Shown here: one piece after another, positions 18,929 to 29,265 of the stretch
How positions within the stretch are numbered: the stretch's first letter is position 1
Layout: each line of letters begins with the position of its first letter
NCBI GenBank assembly: GCA_902563835.1
Contig: CACEZB010000005.1
Location: 4,931-68,930, forward strand
Direction: 5' to 3'
Length of the DNA: 64,000 nt
Origin: an uncultured SAR86 cluster bacterium
Lineage (GTDB): Bacteria > Pseudomonadota > Gammaproteobacteria > Magnimaribacterales > D2472
Notes under the pieces: generated by a model
What the model was told of the DNA's origin: nothing
The model's database searches: none
The model's input: the letters and a program-made list of their open reading frames with translations, nothing else
Translations under genes and position numbers: made by a program

Positions 18929-19801
18929 CTATTTTTTTAGTCTCGCTATGAGTGTTATTGAATTATTCTTATTTAAAATAGATGGTATTGTAATCCTAAA
19001 AAAATCAACAAGCATAGATTTTATATAGTTTCCATTAGAAAAATTTGATGAAATTTTTTTATACTCAGGTTCTATGTAATACTCCTCTATCATAAGTCCA
19101 TGCTTCTCTAAAAAAAGCTCTATAGATTTTTTATTAAATAAAAATAATCTATTAGGCACAAAAAATAATGAACCTAAAAATCTTTTTGGTAAAAAATACC
19201 CAATGACTCTTGCATACCATACATAAAGACTATTTATATTGGGAGTTCTAATTAATACAATACCGTTTTCAATTAAATTATCTTTAATAAGTTTTGATAG
19301 TAAATTATTTATATCTTCGATATGCGCAACACTATCTATAAAACTTATGCAGTCAAATTTTTTAGTTTCTAAAAAATCTCTATTTGTAGAAAAATTACTC
19401 ATTGATGATTTTGATTCTGCTATTGATATTGAATATTCGCTTACATCTATTCCTACATTATTTTTGAAGCTTTCTTTTTCTAAATTAAGTAAAAATGTGC
19501 CTATTCCACATCCGTAATCTAATACTGATCCAGTTTTTAGATATTTTTTTAAAAAAGGTATTACTTTTTGATGCATTTTTGTTTGTTCGTTTACTAATTC
19601 TTCATAATAATTTTTAAAGTATTCTGGTGTATATAATTTATTTGTATTTATTTTTGGTACTGAAAAAATACAAGAATTTTTACAAATATATGTATCTGTC
19701 GTTTTAAATGAAAATCTTTTTTTTAAAGTTTGTTGGCCACAGCACATACAAACTTCTTTATAAAAATCTGACATATTGTAAAATCCTATTATCTTAATCA
19801 T
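18929..19801 (-). CDS. class I SAM-dependent methyltransferase with N-terminal Cys-rich (zinc-ribbon-like) segment
   Basis: 290 aa. The N-terminus carries CMCCGQQ...YICKNSC, followed by motif I VLDYGCGIGTF. The start could instead be the internal Met at 19774. Confidence 0.7.
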   Translation of the reverse strand: MIKIIGFYNMSDFYKEVCMCCGQQTLKKRFSFKTTDTYICKNSCIFSVPKINTNKLYTPEYFKNYYEELVNEQTKMHQKVIPFLKKYLKTGSVLDYGCGIGTFLLNLEKESFKNNVGIDVSEYSISIAESKSSMSNFSTNRDFLETKKFDCISFIDSVAHIEDINNLLSKLIKDNLIENGIVLIRTPNINSLYVWYARVIGYFLPKRFLGSLFFVPNRLFLFNKKSIELFLEKHGLMIEEYYIEPEYKKISSNFSNGNYIKSMLVDFFRITIPSILNKNNSITLIARLKK

Positions 19802-19835
19802 TTTAACAGAGTTTATATTTAAGAGTGTTTAACTC

Positions 19836-20825
19836 ATGAGAATTCTAATAAACAACAGAATAGATCTAATATTCTTAATTTGTCTCAAGTTATCATTTTG
19901 CTATCTTGCTTATATTCTCTTCACAAATTCACTTGGTATTAATATTTTTAAGTATCCTGATATGGAAGCATATAAGGACTGTATAGGTACCGGAGAGATT
20001 ATGGTGAATGTCCTTTATAGCGAGCTCTTATGTACATTTGGGCTTAATAATGAAGATGCAATTTCAAGTTTTGAACTTATCTTTTTAGCATGTTCGATAA
20101 ATATTTTTGGAATATGTGCGTACTATCTTTTGTTTAAAGATTTTCTAGACAGAAAAGGTCAAATTCTATTTATATTACTTTTATCATTTCACCCATACTT
20201 GGCAATATATTTTCCAAGATTCTTTACTGACCTTTTTGGTCCATTAGGGATACTCTTGATATGTTATTACGCAGTAAAAAGGATTGAATTAAATATTATT
20301 TTTATAATTTTGTCACTAATTTTAATAAATTTAAGAGCATCATTAATGCCTCCTTTATTCTTTTATGCTTTCTATATATTTTTAAGGCATTTTAGAAAAA
20401 CAAATAAGGTGAACTTATCATCTTTATTACTAATGATATTAATAATAGTAAATTTTTTCCTATACAAAGGTTTTTCAGATACGTTCATACAAAATAATAA
20501 TTTTTATGACAATAAATTATTTAATATTATTTTTTTACTTGGCTTTAGAGAAGGTGCTGCTAATGAAGGATTCATGAATATATTCTTTTACGGAGGTTTA
20601 AATGGCTACTTACAGTTTGTAATTTCTATTATGTTGTTGATTATGCATTCTATTGGAATATACGGGCTTTTAAAATTTGCTTTTACAAAAAATTTATATG
20701 AACTCACTTCAGTTTTAACAGTTTTAATTGTTCCATTAATCGCAATAAGTCATATGAGATATCTATTACCAATCATACCTTTATTATTATTCTCCTTTAG
20801 CTGGTATTTATTTAGGAAAAATTAA
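19836..20825 (+). CDS. polytopic inner-membrane protein (possible GT-C-like glycosyltransferase or polymerase)
   Basis: 329 aa, almost entirely hydrophobic segments (at least 8 by eye). I recognise no soluble-domain motif. The functional suggestion rests on context only. Confidence 0.45.
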   Translation: MRILINNRIDLIFLICLKLSFCYLAYILFTNSLGINIFKYPDMEAYKDCIGTGEIMVNVLYSELLCTFGLNNEDAISSFELIFLACSINIFGICAYYLLFKDFLDRKGQILFILLLSFHPYLAIYFPRFFTDLFGPLGILLICYYAVKRIELNIIFIILSLILINLRASLMPPLFFYAFYIFLRHFRKTNKVNLSSLLLMILIIVNFFLYKGFSDTFIQNNNFYDNKLFNIIFLLGFREGAANEGFMNIFFYGGLNGYLQFVISIMLLIMHSIGIYGLLKFAFTKNLYELTSVLTVLIVPLIAISHMRYLLPIIPLLLFSFSWYLFRKN

Positions 20826-20826
20826 A

Positions 20827-21183
20827 TTGTCTACATTTATAAAATACTATACCTATATTTCATTATTTTATATTTTGGAAATGGTATTATTTTTTTTATT
20901 AAAAGATATTTTAATAAATTTCATATTATTAAATTTTATAATTCGGTTTATTTTTGTCACGCTGACTTCTTATATTTTAAAAAATAATGTCTTTAAAGGC
21001 GGAAGATATTTTTATACTATCTTCTATTTTGTTGCATTCTTAAATCCAATTGGATCTTCATTTTTCTTATATCTGTTAACTAATTTTGTTTTAGAGAGTT
21101 TAATAATAGGAAAATTTATATCTGATGTAATTGTTTCTCTTTTATCTTTTTTAATTATTAGTTTTTTAAATAAAAATAACTAA
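20827..21183 (+). CDS. GtrA-like small membrane protein
   Basis: 118 aa with four hydrophobic segments. Size and topology resemble the GtrA family. It uses a TTG start 1 nt after the upstream stop. Confidence 0.45.
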   Translation: MSTFIKYYTYISLFYILEMVLFFLLKDILINFILLNFIIRFIFVTLTSYILKNNVFKGGRYFYTIFYFVAFLNPIGSSFFLYLLTNFVLESLIIGKFISDVIVSLLSFLIISFLNKNN

Positions 21184-21184
21184 T

Positions 21185-21508
21185 TTATTTATTAATTTTT
21201 GATTCTAGTATCGTTATCTTTCTGGTTAATTTTGTTATACGTGAGTTAACTTCATCAAACCTATTAAGTGTAATTATGATAGTTAAGAATATTGTGACTA
21301 AGCCAAAATATAAATATAACAATGTTGCATTCTCGACACCAATGAATAAAGCTATGCTATTAACATATTCAGCGCTTAGTAAACTTATAAATCCAAACAT
21401 TGAGCCAACTACGAGAAACAATCTTGCAAAAATACTTGAAAAAGGCCTCAATAGGCCATAAAAAAATAAAAGTACAAATATAGTTAAAAATAGGTACTTT
21501 ACAATCAT
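21185..21508 (-). CDS. DUF2304-like small membrane protein
   Basis: 107 aa with three hydrophobic segments plus a C-terminal amphipathic tail. It lies directly downstream of a GT2 gene, the usual context for DUF2304. Confidence 0.5.
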   Translation of the reverse strand: MIVKYLFLTIFVLLFFYGLLRPFSSIFARLFLVVGSMFGFISLLSAEYVNSIALFIGVENATLLYLYFGLVTIFLTIIITLNRFDEVNSRITKLTRKITILESKINK

Positions 21509-21529
21509 AACAATTTAATAATAATTATT

Positions 21530-22207
21530 TCATTTCCATAATTTAAGTAAATCTTCAATTATCAATAATCCATTCAATAATTTCTGACCTTTCTTAATTG
21601 AATAACTAGTATACTTTATATCCGTCGACATCTCTTTATAATCTATTTTCTTCTTTGCTACTTGCGTTATAAGCTCTGATTCATAAGAGTAAGATGAAAA
21701 CTGTAGTTCTAGTTCTTTAATAGTACTAACTTTATATGCCTTTAATCCGTTATGTGCATCAGAAAGAGTTACGCCAGTTACTAGATCTGTAATTTTAGCA
21801 ATCAATTTGAGAACAATTCTTTTTACCTTTGGTATATTTTTTGAGTGCTTTGGAAATCTTGTTCCAAAAATAATACCTTCGTCACATATCAATATTTCTT
21901 TTGCCATTGCAACAGCATCATCAACAAGATGCTGACCATCAGCATCAAAAGTAATAACAGCCTTAGCATCAGGAATATCTGAAACATAATCAAATCCAGT
22001 TTGAACAGCTGCCCCGACTCCTAAATTAATTTCGTGGCTCAATATTTTAATATCTAAATCATTTATTATTTCTAAAGTTTTGTCATTTGAGCCATCATTT
22101 ATAACAATTACATTTGAAAAATTTTTTAGTAAATTATTTATAATATCTTTTATGACATTTTGTTCATTAAAAGCAGGAACTATCACATAGATATCTTTAA
22201 ATTTCAT
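21530..22207 (-). CDS. glycosyltransferase family 2 (polyprenyl-phosphate sugar transferase, GtrB/DPM1-like)
   Basis: 225 aa. Motifs: VIVPAFNE, VINDGSNDKT, and DADGQH (DxD-type). Confidence 0.85.
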   Translation of the reverse strand: MKFKDIYVIVPAFNEQNVIKDIINNLLKNFSNVIVINDGSNDKTLEIINDLDIKILSHEINLGVGAAVQTGFDYVSDIPDAKAVITFDADGQHLVDDAVAMAKEILICDEGIIFGTRFPKHSKNIPKVKRIVLKLIAKITDLVTGVTLSDAHNGLKAYKVSTIKELELQFSSYSYESELITQVAKKKIDYKEMSTDIKYTSYSIKKGQKLLNGLLIIEDLLKLWK

Positions 22208-22209
22208 AA

Positions 22210-24153
22210 TTATTGATTTTCAAGCCAAGATTGAAACATTAATATAGGCCACAAAAAAGTTATGTTATTTTTTTTGCCAAATAAATGCTCTTTCCATTTA
22301 TTACAAACTATTTCTTCATCAAAGAAACCTTCGGATTTTAGTCTATCTTTGTTTAATAGTTCCTCACACCACTCACTTAAAGGTCCTCTAATCCATTCAT
22401 GAATAGGAACACTAAAGCCCATTTTTTCTCTTTTTGTAAGTGATTCAGGAAGAAAATCTTTTAAAATTTGTTGCAAAGGCCATTTAGACTCTCCTTCTTT
22501 TACTTTATATGAAATTGGAAGCCTCCAAGCAAACTCTACAATATTATGATCCAAAAAGGGTACTCTTGTTTCTAATGATGTTCGCATAGCAGCTCTATCA
22601 ACTTTTGTTAATATATCATCTGGTAAATAATTAATCGTATCTGTTGCCATCATTTTTTCTATATTAGAAATATCACCAAAATTAGGCTTTAAATCATCAA
22701 GCTTCGTTTCTTTTAAATATCCGTCATGAACAACGTCTTCCGAGAAAGGTATTTGAGTAATTACATGTAAATAAAGTTTGTCTATTGTTTCACTATTAAT
22801 TAAATTTGTTCCAGAAATTATTCTTTTTGATAAATTAGTTAAAGTTTTAGATTTGTACTTTGAATATATAGATTTCTCTTGAAGAGGATATGTAAGTATT
22901 TTGGAAATAAGATTTCTAGTTGATAATGGAAAGTAATTAATTTTTTTCCAAATGTTATCAATATGATTATATCTACTATATCCTCCAAATAATTCATCAC
23001 CCCCATCTCCTGATAGGGCTACAGTAACATCATTATTTGCTAGCCTAGAAACGATAAAATTAGGTATTTGGGTTGAATCTGCAAACGGCTCACAATATAT
23101 CGAATGCATATCTGGAATAACTTTTATAGCATCATTTGCATTAATATATAATTCAGTATGATCTGTACCCAAGTGATTAGCGATTGACTTGGCATATTTA
23201 GCTTCATCAAAGCCTTTTTCATTAAATCCAATTGTAAAAGTTTTAACTGGTATATCTGCTTGTTCTTGCATTATTGATACAACAGTAGAAGAGTCTATAC
23301 CGCCTGATAAAAAAGCTCCGAGAGGCACGTCAGAAATCATTTGAGATTTTATGGTATGTCTTAATAAGTTTTTTAAATCTTTAACTGCTTCTTTTGGAGT
23401 TCCTTTGTATTCTTCAAACGATCCTTTTTTTATAATTTCACTAGCTTCCCAATAATTAACTGTCTTTGTCATCTTATTTGTTAAAGAAACTTGTAAAAAC
23501 TGTCCAGGCTCAAGGGAAAATATATTTTCATAAATGGAATATGGATTTGGAACATAGGCATGCTTTAGAAATAATGATAAAGAACCTCTGTCAACTCTTA
23601 AGTCAATATCAGGAAAGGATTTTAGTGCTTTAAGCTCGGAGCCAAATAAGAATACTCTTCCATTAGCAATATTTTGCCACCCATAATACATTGGTTTTTC
23701 TCCAAGCCTATCTCTAGCTAAGGTTAAGATTTTGTTTTTTTTGTCCCATAATGAAAATGCAAACATTCCAACAAATTTTTCAAGCGATTCTTGTATACCA
23801 AAAGTTTCAAATGCACTTAAAATAGTTTCTGTATCAGAATGGCCTCTCCAAGAAATGTTTCCATTATTCTTTTCTATATCGGATCTAATTTGTAGATGAT
23901 TATATATTTCTCCATTAAAAGCTATGACATACCTGCCATTTGATGATTCCATAGGCTGATGACCTGCATCACTTAAATCAAGAATTGATAGTCGCCTATG
24001 TCCAAGAGCAATCCCCTCGGAAGGATTATTCCAGCAACCGGAGTCATTTGGACCTCTATGTTTAATTGAGTCAGTCATCTTTTTAGTAATTAAATCAAAA
24101 TTCACCGATGAAGATGATTTAGAATCTATAAGAAATCCTGCAACACCACACAT
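22210..24153 (-). CDS. asnB: asparagine synthase (glutamine-hydrolysing) family amidotransferase
   Basis: 647 aa. It has the N-terminal MCG (Ntn Cys2), HRGPD, and the PP-loop motif AFLSGGIDSS. Confidence 0.9.
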   Translation of the reverse strand: MCGVAGFLIDSKSSSSVNFDLITKKMTDSIKHRGPNDSGCWNNPSEGIALGHRRLSILDLSDAGHQPMESSNGRYVIAFNGEIYNHLQIRSDIEKNNGNISWRGHSDTETILSAFETFGIQESLEKFVGMFAFSLWDKKNKILTLARDRLGEKPMYYGWQNIANGRVFLFGSELKALKSFPDIDLRVDRGSLSLFLKHAYVPNPYSIYENIFSLEPGQFLQVSLTNKMTKTVNYWEASEIIKKGSFEEYKGTPKEAVKDLKNLLRHTIKSQMISDVPLGAFLSGGIDSSTVVSIMQEQADIPVKTFTIGFNEKGFDEAKYAKSIANHLGTDHTELYINANDAIKVIPDMHSIYCEPFADSTQIPNFIVSRLANNDVTVALSGDGGDELFGGYSRYNHIDNIWKKINYFPLSTRNLISKILTYPLQEKSIYSKYKSKTLTNLSKRIISGTNLINSETIDKLYLHVITQIPFSEDVVHDGYLKETKLDDLKPNFGDISNIEKMMATDTINYLPDDILTKVDRAAMRTSLETRVPFLDHNIVEFAWRLPISYKVKEGESKWPLQQILKDFLPESLTKREKMGFSVPIHEWIRGPLSEWCEELLNKDRLKSEGFFDEEIVCNKWKEHLFGKKNNITFLWPILMFQSWLENQ

Positions 24154-25307
24154 TATTTCAAAGCCTTTTTATAAATATCTATATATGATTCAACCATTTT
24201 TTTAGTACTGTATTTTTCATTAACAGTTTTTAAAGCTTCTTTTGATAACTTTTCTGAAAGCGGTTTATTTTCCATAATCTCTATCATGGTGTTTATTATT
24301 TCATTTTTATCTTTTGGTTTGAAAAGTAATCCAGTTATTTTATTTTTTATAATTTCAGAGTTTCCGCCTACATTAGTTGCAATTATGGGAAGTCCTGAAG
24401 CCATTGCCTCCAAAATAGCATTTGAAAAACCCTCTGTATAAGAAGCACAAATGTAGCCATCCATGGATAAAAGAATTTCTGGAATATCTTCTCTAAATCC
24501 TAAAAATTTAATTCTATCTTGTAAGCCATATTTAAACACCAAAGTCTTAAGCTCATCTAAACTACCAATATCTTTACCAACTAAAAATAACTTTGCTTGA
24601 TATTTAGGATCTAAGTTCTTAAAAGAAGTTATTAAATCTTTATGGCCCTTTATGTTAGAAAAATTTGCAACTTTCACCCAAGCAAATTCAGATTCTAATA
24701 ATCCAAACTGCGATCTAATATAATTTCTATCATAATTTTTAATACGAAATTTTTCTAAATTTATGCCATTTCGAATGCATATTACCTTGTTTGGGTTAAC
24801 AGAATCTAAGGTAAGCATTTCATCAATTATAGCTTCAGCATTAACAACTATTTTATCTGACAAAAAATTGCTAATCTTGTCAAAAATTCTCCACTTTTTT
24901 TTTAAATAATTTAGTTTTATAAGTCCTCTTCTACTTGTTATTATGTAATTTGCTCCTGAAATTATTCCAGCTATTGATCCCACAAAATTTGAAAAAGGTA
25001 AAAAAGTGTGAACTATTGCATTTTTTTTTGAATGTATTGTCTTGCATAAAAATAAAAATCCTTTAATGAATGATTTAATATTTCTAGTTGATTTAAAGCC
25101 GCCTTCAACAATTTCTATATTTTGATTTTTTGCTTGTTTTGTTAAAGTGCCTCCACTTCTAAGAGGAAAAATTGAAACTTTTATGTTTTCCTTTTTTAAT
25201 CCACTTGCTAACTTAATAGCCTGAGCTTCTGCCCCCCCTCCATCAAGAGAATCAATTACAATAATTATATTAGACTCATCAAGAGGATTTTTTAAAGACA
25301 AATTCAT
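24153..25307 (-). CDS. glycosyltransferase family 4 (GT-B)
   Basis: 384 aa. It has the C-terminal EGFSNAILEAMASGLPIIATNVGG (E-x7-E type motif). Confidence 0.85.
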   Translation of the reverse strand: MNLSLKNPLDESNIIIVIDSLDGGGAEAQAIKLASGLKKENIKVSIFPLRSGGTLTKQAKNQNIEIVEGGFKSTRNIKSFIKGFLFLCKTIHSKKNAIVHTFLPFSNFVGSIAGIISGANYIITSRRGLIKLNYLKKKWRIFDKISNFLSDKIVVNAEAIIDEMLTLDSVNPNKVICIRNGINLEKFRIKNYDRNYIRSQFGLLESEFAWVKVANFSNIKGHKDLITSFKNLDPKYQAKLFLVGKDIGSLDELKTLVFKYGLQDRIKFLGFREDIPEILLSMDGYICASYTEGFSNAILEAMASGLPIIATNVGGNSEIIKNKITGLLFKPKDKNEIINTMIEIMENKPLSEKLSKEALKTVNEKYSTKKMVESYIDIYKKALK

Positions 25308-26112
25308 TGCAGCCTATCCCACCTCCGCAAGTCTTTAACTTTTTGAGTTCAAAACCTCTTTGAGCAAAAAAATCAAAAATTTCCTCAGGTTTTGCTACTT
25401 CAAATGGCAGTCCACCAACCCAATCTATCACATCTGTGAATGCTGACATGCCTCTTGCTTCGACTTGTGCATAATTCCTCCAAGTTGAGAATAGTTTACC
25501 TTCTTTAATTAAATCTCTTAAAGTATTTCTCCACCAAAGCTTTATTAACATTGGCATCCAAATTATCCACTTTAGTCCATTAGGAAAAGCATTATAAAGT
25601 TTCTTTATTGTGAGCCACCTTTTACTTTTTCCACCCTGATCATTGTAAATAGATAGATAAAACTGGCCGCCATTTTTTACGCATTGTGATGAATTATTAA
25701 TTGCATTCCACATATCACCTGTATGATGAAGGACGCCCCATGAGTACACAATATCAAACTCACCAAGACTTTTAATGTAATCCTTGTCTAGCGCATTTCC
25801 AGATTCTATTATCCAATTGTTATCTTCTGGAAAAAATCTTTTTTTAAGCTCGCTCGTGCATGAAACAGAATGTGGATCATAATCAAAAGAATGAACCTTA
25901 GCACCTAGACGTCTAGCAGCAAGACTATATAACCCACTTCCTGAGCCAATATCTAAAAAGGTTTTATCTTCAAGGGTGTCTGCCTCTAACAATCTAAGTA
26001 AAGACTCTTCAGCAAGTTTTAATCTATCATCATCCATCAATTGAATAAATTGCTTCCAATTTTTTCCAAATTCGAATCTGCTACCTTTATTTACTTCTGT
26101 TTTAAAAGTCAT
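25279..26112 (-). CDS. class I SAM-dependent methyltransferase
   Basis: 277 aa. Motif I is FLDIGSGSGLYSLAA, followed by VHSFDYD. Confidence 0.8.
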   Translation of the reverse strand: MTFKTEVNKGSRFEFGKNWKQFIQLMDDDRLKLAEESLLRLLEADTLEDKTFLDIGSGSGLYSLAARRLGAKVHSFDYDPHSVSCTSELKKRFFPEDNNWIIESGNALDKDYIKSLGEFDIVYSWGVLHHTGDMWNAINNSSQCVKNGGQFYLSIYNDQGGKSKRWLTIKKLYNAFPNGLKWIIWMPMLIKLWWRNTLRDLIKEGKLFSTWRNYAQVEARGMSAFTDVIDWVGGLPFEVAKPEEIFDFFAQRGFELKKLKTCGGGIGCNEFVFKKSS

Positions 26113-26189
26113 AGATGATAATTATTAATGGTTTTTTTTAAAAAATTATAAACTAAAAATTATATTATTTCTCAATTACAAGAAAATCA

Positions 26190-27755
26190 TCATTCCCACT
26201 CAATAGTTGCAGGTGGTTTGCTTGATATGTCATATACCACTCTACTTACTTCTTCAATTTCATTAACAATTCTATTTGAGACATGCTCCAAAAATTTATA
26301 AGGAAGATGAGCCCATCTTGCAGTCATAAAATCTACCGTTTCAACTGCCCTTAACCCAACCACTTCAGCATACCTTCTTTCATCTCCAACTACGCCAACA
26401 GAATTTACTGGTAAGAGGACTGCAAATGCTTGACTCACTTTGTCATATAAATCAGCTTTAATAAGCTCTTCTATAAAAATATGATCAGCCTCTTGGAGAA
26501 CTTGAGTTTTTTCTTTTGTCACTTCCCCTATTATCCTTACACCCAACCCTGGCCCAGGAAAAGGATGTCTTTCTATCATCTCTTTTGATATACCAAGCTC
26601 TACTCCCATTCTTCTTACTTCATCTTTAAATAAATCTCTAAGTGGTTCAATCAGGTCTAATTTCATTTCTTCAGGCAATCCTCCTACATTATGGTGGGAC
26701 TTTATAACCCTAGCATCCTTTGATTCTGATCCTGAAGACTCTATTACATCAGGATAGATAGTTCCTTGTGCTAAAAATCTAATGTCCTTAAGTTTAACTG
26801 CTTCTGCATCAAAAATATCTATGAAGGTTCTACCAATAATCTTTCTTTTTTGTTCAGGATCTTCAATATTCTTAAGATGCCTTAAGAATATTTCTTCACT
26901 ATTAGATTTAATAACATTTAAATCCATATTTTCTTTAAAAGTTTGCATGACTGAATCTGCTTCGCCTTTTCTTAATAAGCCATTATCTACAAAGACACAT
27001 GTTAATTTTTTACCAATAGCTTTATTAAGCAAAGCAGCTGTTACAGAAGAATCCACCCCACCAGATAATCCTAGTAAAACTTTTTCTTCCTTAACCTTTG
27101 CTCTAATTTCTTCTATTCTTTGAGAAATTAAATCATCCATTGTCCAGTCAGCATGAGCATGGCATATGTTAAAAATAAAATTATCTAATAATTTATGGCC
27201 ATGATCAGTATGGGTTACCTCTGGATGAAATTGAATAGCGTATATCGGTAAACTTTTGTGCTCCATGGCTGCTATAGGTGCTGTTGATGTGGATGCAACT
27301 AAATTAAACTCATCTGGTAAATCTTGAACTTGATCTCCATGACTCATCCAAACATTAATTTTTCTATCTAAATCTTTAAATAAATCTGAATCTTTTACTA
27401 CCTCTAATTCTGAATGCCCGAATTCTTTCTGGTCTACAGAAATAACATGCCCTCCCATTTGTTCTGCAAGAGTTTGCATTCCATAACAAATTCCTAAAAT
27501 AGGTACACCTATATCAAAAACACATTTAGGAATTCTAGGTGTAAAACTTTCAGTTACTGAATTAGGTCCTCCAGAGAGAATAATCCCCTTTGGATTTAAA
27601 TCTAAAATCTTTTCTTCAGCAATATCCCATGGAAGTATCTCAGAATAAACATCACTTTCTCTAACTCTTCTAGCAATTAATTGGGTATATTGTGAGCCAA
27701 AATCTAATACCAATATAGTATCTATTGTTTTGTTACTGACAGATAGCTTATTCAT
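26190..27755 (-). CDS. guaA: GMP synthase (glutamine-hydrolysing)
   Basis: 521 aa. The GATase domain (GICYGMQ, FHPE) is followed by the ATP-PPase motif GLSGGVDSS and the C-terminal PPATIEWE. Confidence 0.95.
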   Translation of the reverse strand: MNKLSVSNKTIDTILVLDFGSQYTQLIARRVRESDVYSEILPWDIAEEKILDLNPKGIILSGGPNSVTESFTPRIPKCVFDIGVPILGICYGMQTLAEQMGGHVISVDQKEFGHSELEVVKDSDLFKDLDRKINVWMSHGDQVQDLPDEFNLVASTSTAPIAAMEHKSLPIYAIQFHPEVTHTDHGHKLLDNFIFNICHAHADWTMDDLISQRIEEIRAKVKEEKVLLGLSGGVDSSVTAALLNKAIGKKLTCVFVDNGLLRKGEADSVMQTFKENMDLNVIKSNSEEIFLRHLKNIEDPEQKRKIIGRTFIDIFDAEAVKLKDIRFLAQGTIYPDVIESSGSESKDARVIKSHHNVGGLPEEMKLDLIEPLRDLFKDEVRRMGVELGISKEMIERHPFPGPGLGVRIIGEVTKEKTQVLQEADHIFIEELIKADLYDKVSQAFAVLLPVNSVGVVGDERRYAEVVGLRAVETVDFMTARWAHLPYKFLEHVSNRIVNEIEEVSRVVYDISSKPPATIEWE

Positions 27756-27762
27756 TATTTAA

Positions 27763-29226
27763 TTAGCTTCTTTGGTAGTTTGGGGCCTCTTTAGTAATCA
27801 TTACATCATGAACATGACTTTCAGTCATTCCGGCATTTGTAATCTCAATAAACTGACTATCTTTTTGCATTTCTGGAATAGTCTTACAACCAACATATCC
27901 CATACTTTGTCTTAATCCTCCAATTAACTGGTTAATTACACTAATAACCCATCCTTTATATGGAACTCTACCTTCAATTCCCTCTGGAACTAATTTATCA
28001 GGCTCAACATCCTCTTGAGAATATCTATTCGCATCATCTCTTTCGGTCATGGCGCCAATTGATCCCATACCTCTATAAATTTTAAAACTCCTTCCTTGGA
28101 ATAACTCTACCTCACCTGGAGCTTCTTCAGTTCCTGCAAAAAGACCTCCCAACATTACAGAATCAGCGCCAGCTGCAATTGCTTTAGCGATGTCACCAGA
28201 AAATCTTATCCCTCCATCAGCAATGATACTTACATCTTTTCCTTTTAAAGCATTTTTTATATCCATAATAGCTGTGATCTGTGGAACACCTATACCTGCA
28301 ATAATCCTCGTAGTACATATTGATCCTGGTCCCATTCCAATCTTGACTGAATCTACTCCAGATTTTACTAACTCTAAGGCTCCCTCTGGTGTAGCGACAT
28401 TTCCACCAATTACCTCAATATCTTTAAATTCTTTTTTAATAAGCTTAACTATATCTAATACGTTTTTGGAATGACCATGGGCACTATCAACTACAAAAAC
28501 ATCAACCCCAGCTTCTTGAAGTGCTTTAGCTCTATCAATAGTATCAGCCCCAGTTCCTAATGCTGCACCAACTCTAAGCCTTCCAGAAGAATCTTTGGTA
28601 GCATCTGGATGTTCTGCTGATTTCTCAATATCTTTCATAGTAACAAGACCGCTTAAATGTTTTGACTCATCTAAAACTAGAATCTTTTCAATTCTATTCT
28701 CATACATTAATTTTTTTACTTCATCTTGAGATGTTCCTTCACTAACAGTAACTAATTTATCTAAAGGAGTCATGATTGAAGCTACATCTGCATCCATATC
28801 ATCTGCATACCTAAAATCTCTACTGGTAACAATACCTTTTAAATCCCCATCATCAACTACTGGCATTCCAGAAATACTTAATTCAGCAGTTAATTGTTTT
28901 AATTCACCTATTGTTTTTGAAGATCGAATTGTAGTTGGGTCTCTAACTATACCGCTTTCATGCTTTTTAACAGCCTTTACAATAGCAGCTTGCTCTTCAA
29001 TAGAATTGTTTTTATGAATTATTCCTAGTCCACCAGCTTCAGCCAAGGCAATAGCCATCCTTGATTCTGTTACTGTATCCATCGCAGCAGAAATTAAAGG
29101 CATTTTTATTTTAATACTTTTAGTAAGTCTTGTTTCTGTATCTGCCTCACTAGGCACAAAGTCACTATAACGAGGTAAGAGTAGCACGTCATCGAATGTG
29201 AACGCTTTTGATTTTACTTTGTCCAT
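27763..29226 (-). CDS. guaB: IMP dehydrogenase
   Basis: 487 aa. A CBS pair is present, with the catalytic loop GIGPGSICTTR and GGIRFSGD. Confidence 0.95.
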   Translation of the reverse strand: MDKVKSKAFTFDDVLLLPRYSDFVPSEADTETRLTKSIKIKMPLISAAMDTVTESRMAIALAEAGGLGIIHKNNSIEEQAAIVKAVKKHESGIVRDPTTIRSSKTIGELKQLTAELSISGMPVVDDGDLKGIVTSRDFRYADDMDADVASIMTPLDKLVTVSEGTSQDEVKKLMYENRIEKILVLDESKHLSGLVTMKDIEKSAEHPDATKDSSGRLRVGAALGTGADTIDRAKALQEAGVDVFVVDSAHGHSKNVLDIVKLIKKEFKDIEVIGGNVATPEGALELVKSGVDSVKIGMGPGSICTTRIIAGIGVPQITAIMDIKNALKGKDVSIIADGGIRFSGDIAKAIAAGADSVMLGGLFAGTEEAPGEVELFQGRSFKIYRGMGSIGAMTERDDANRYSQEDVEPDKLVPEGIEGRVPYKGWVISVINQLIGGLRQSMGYVGCKTIPEMQKDSQFIEITNAGMTESHVHDVMITKEAPNYQRS

Positions 29227-29265
29227 GTCAGATTATAACCAAAGGTAAAAAGAAAAAAAAGTACC

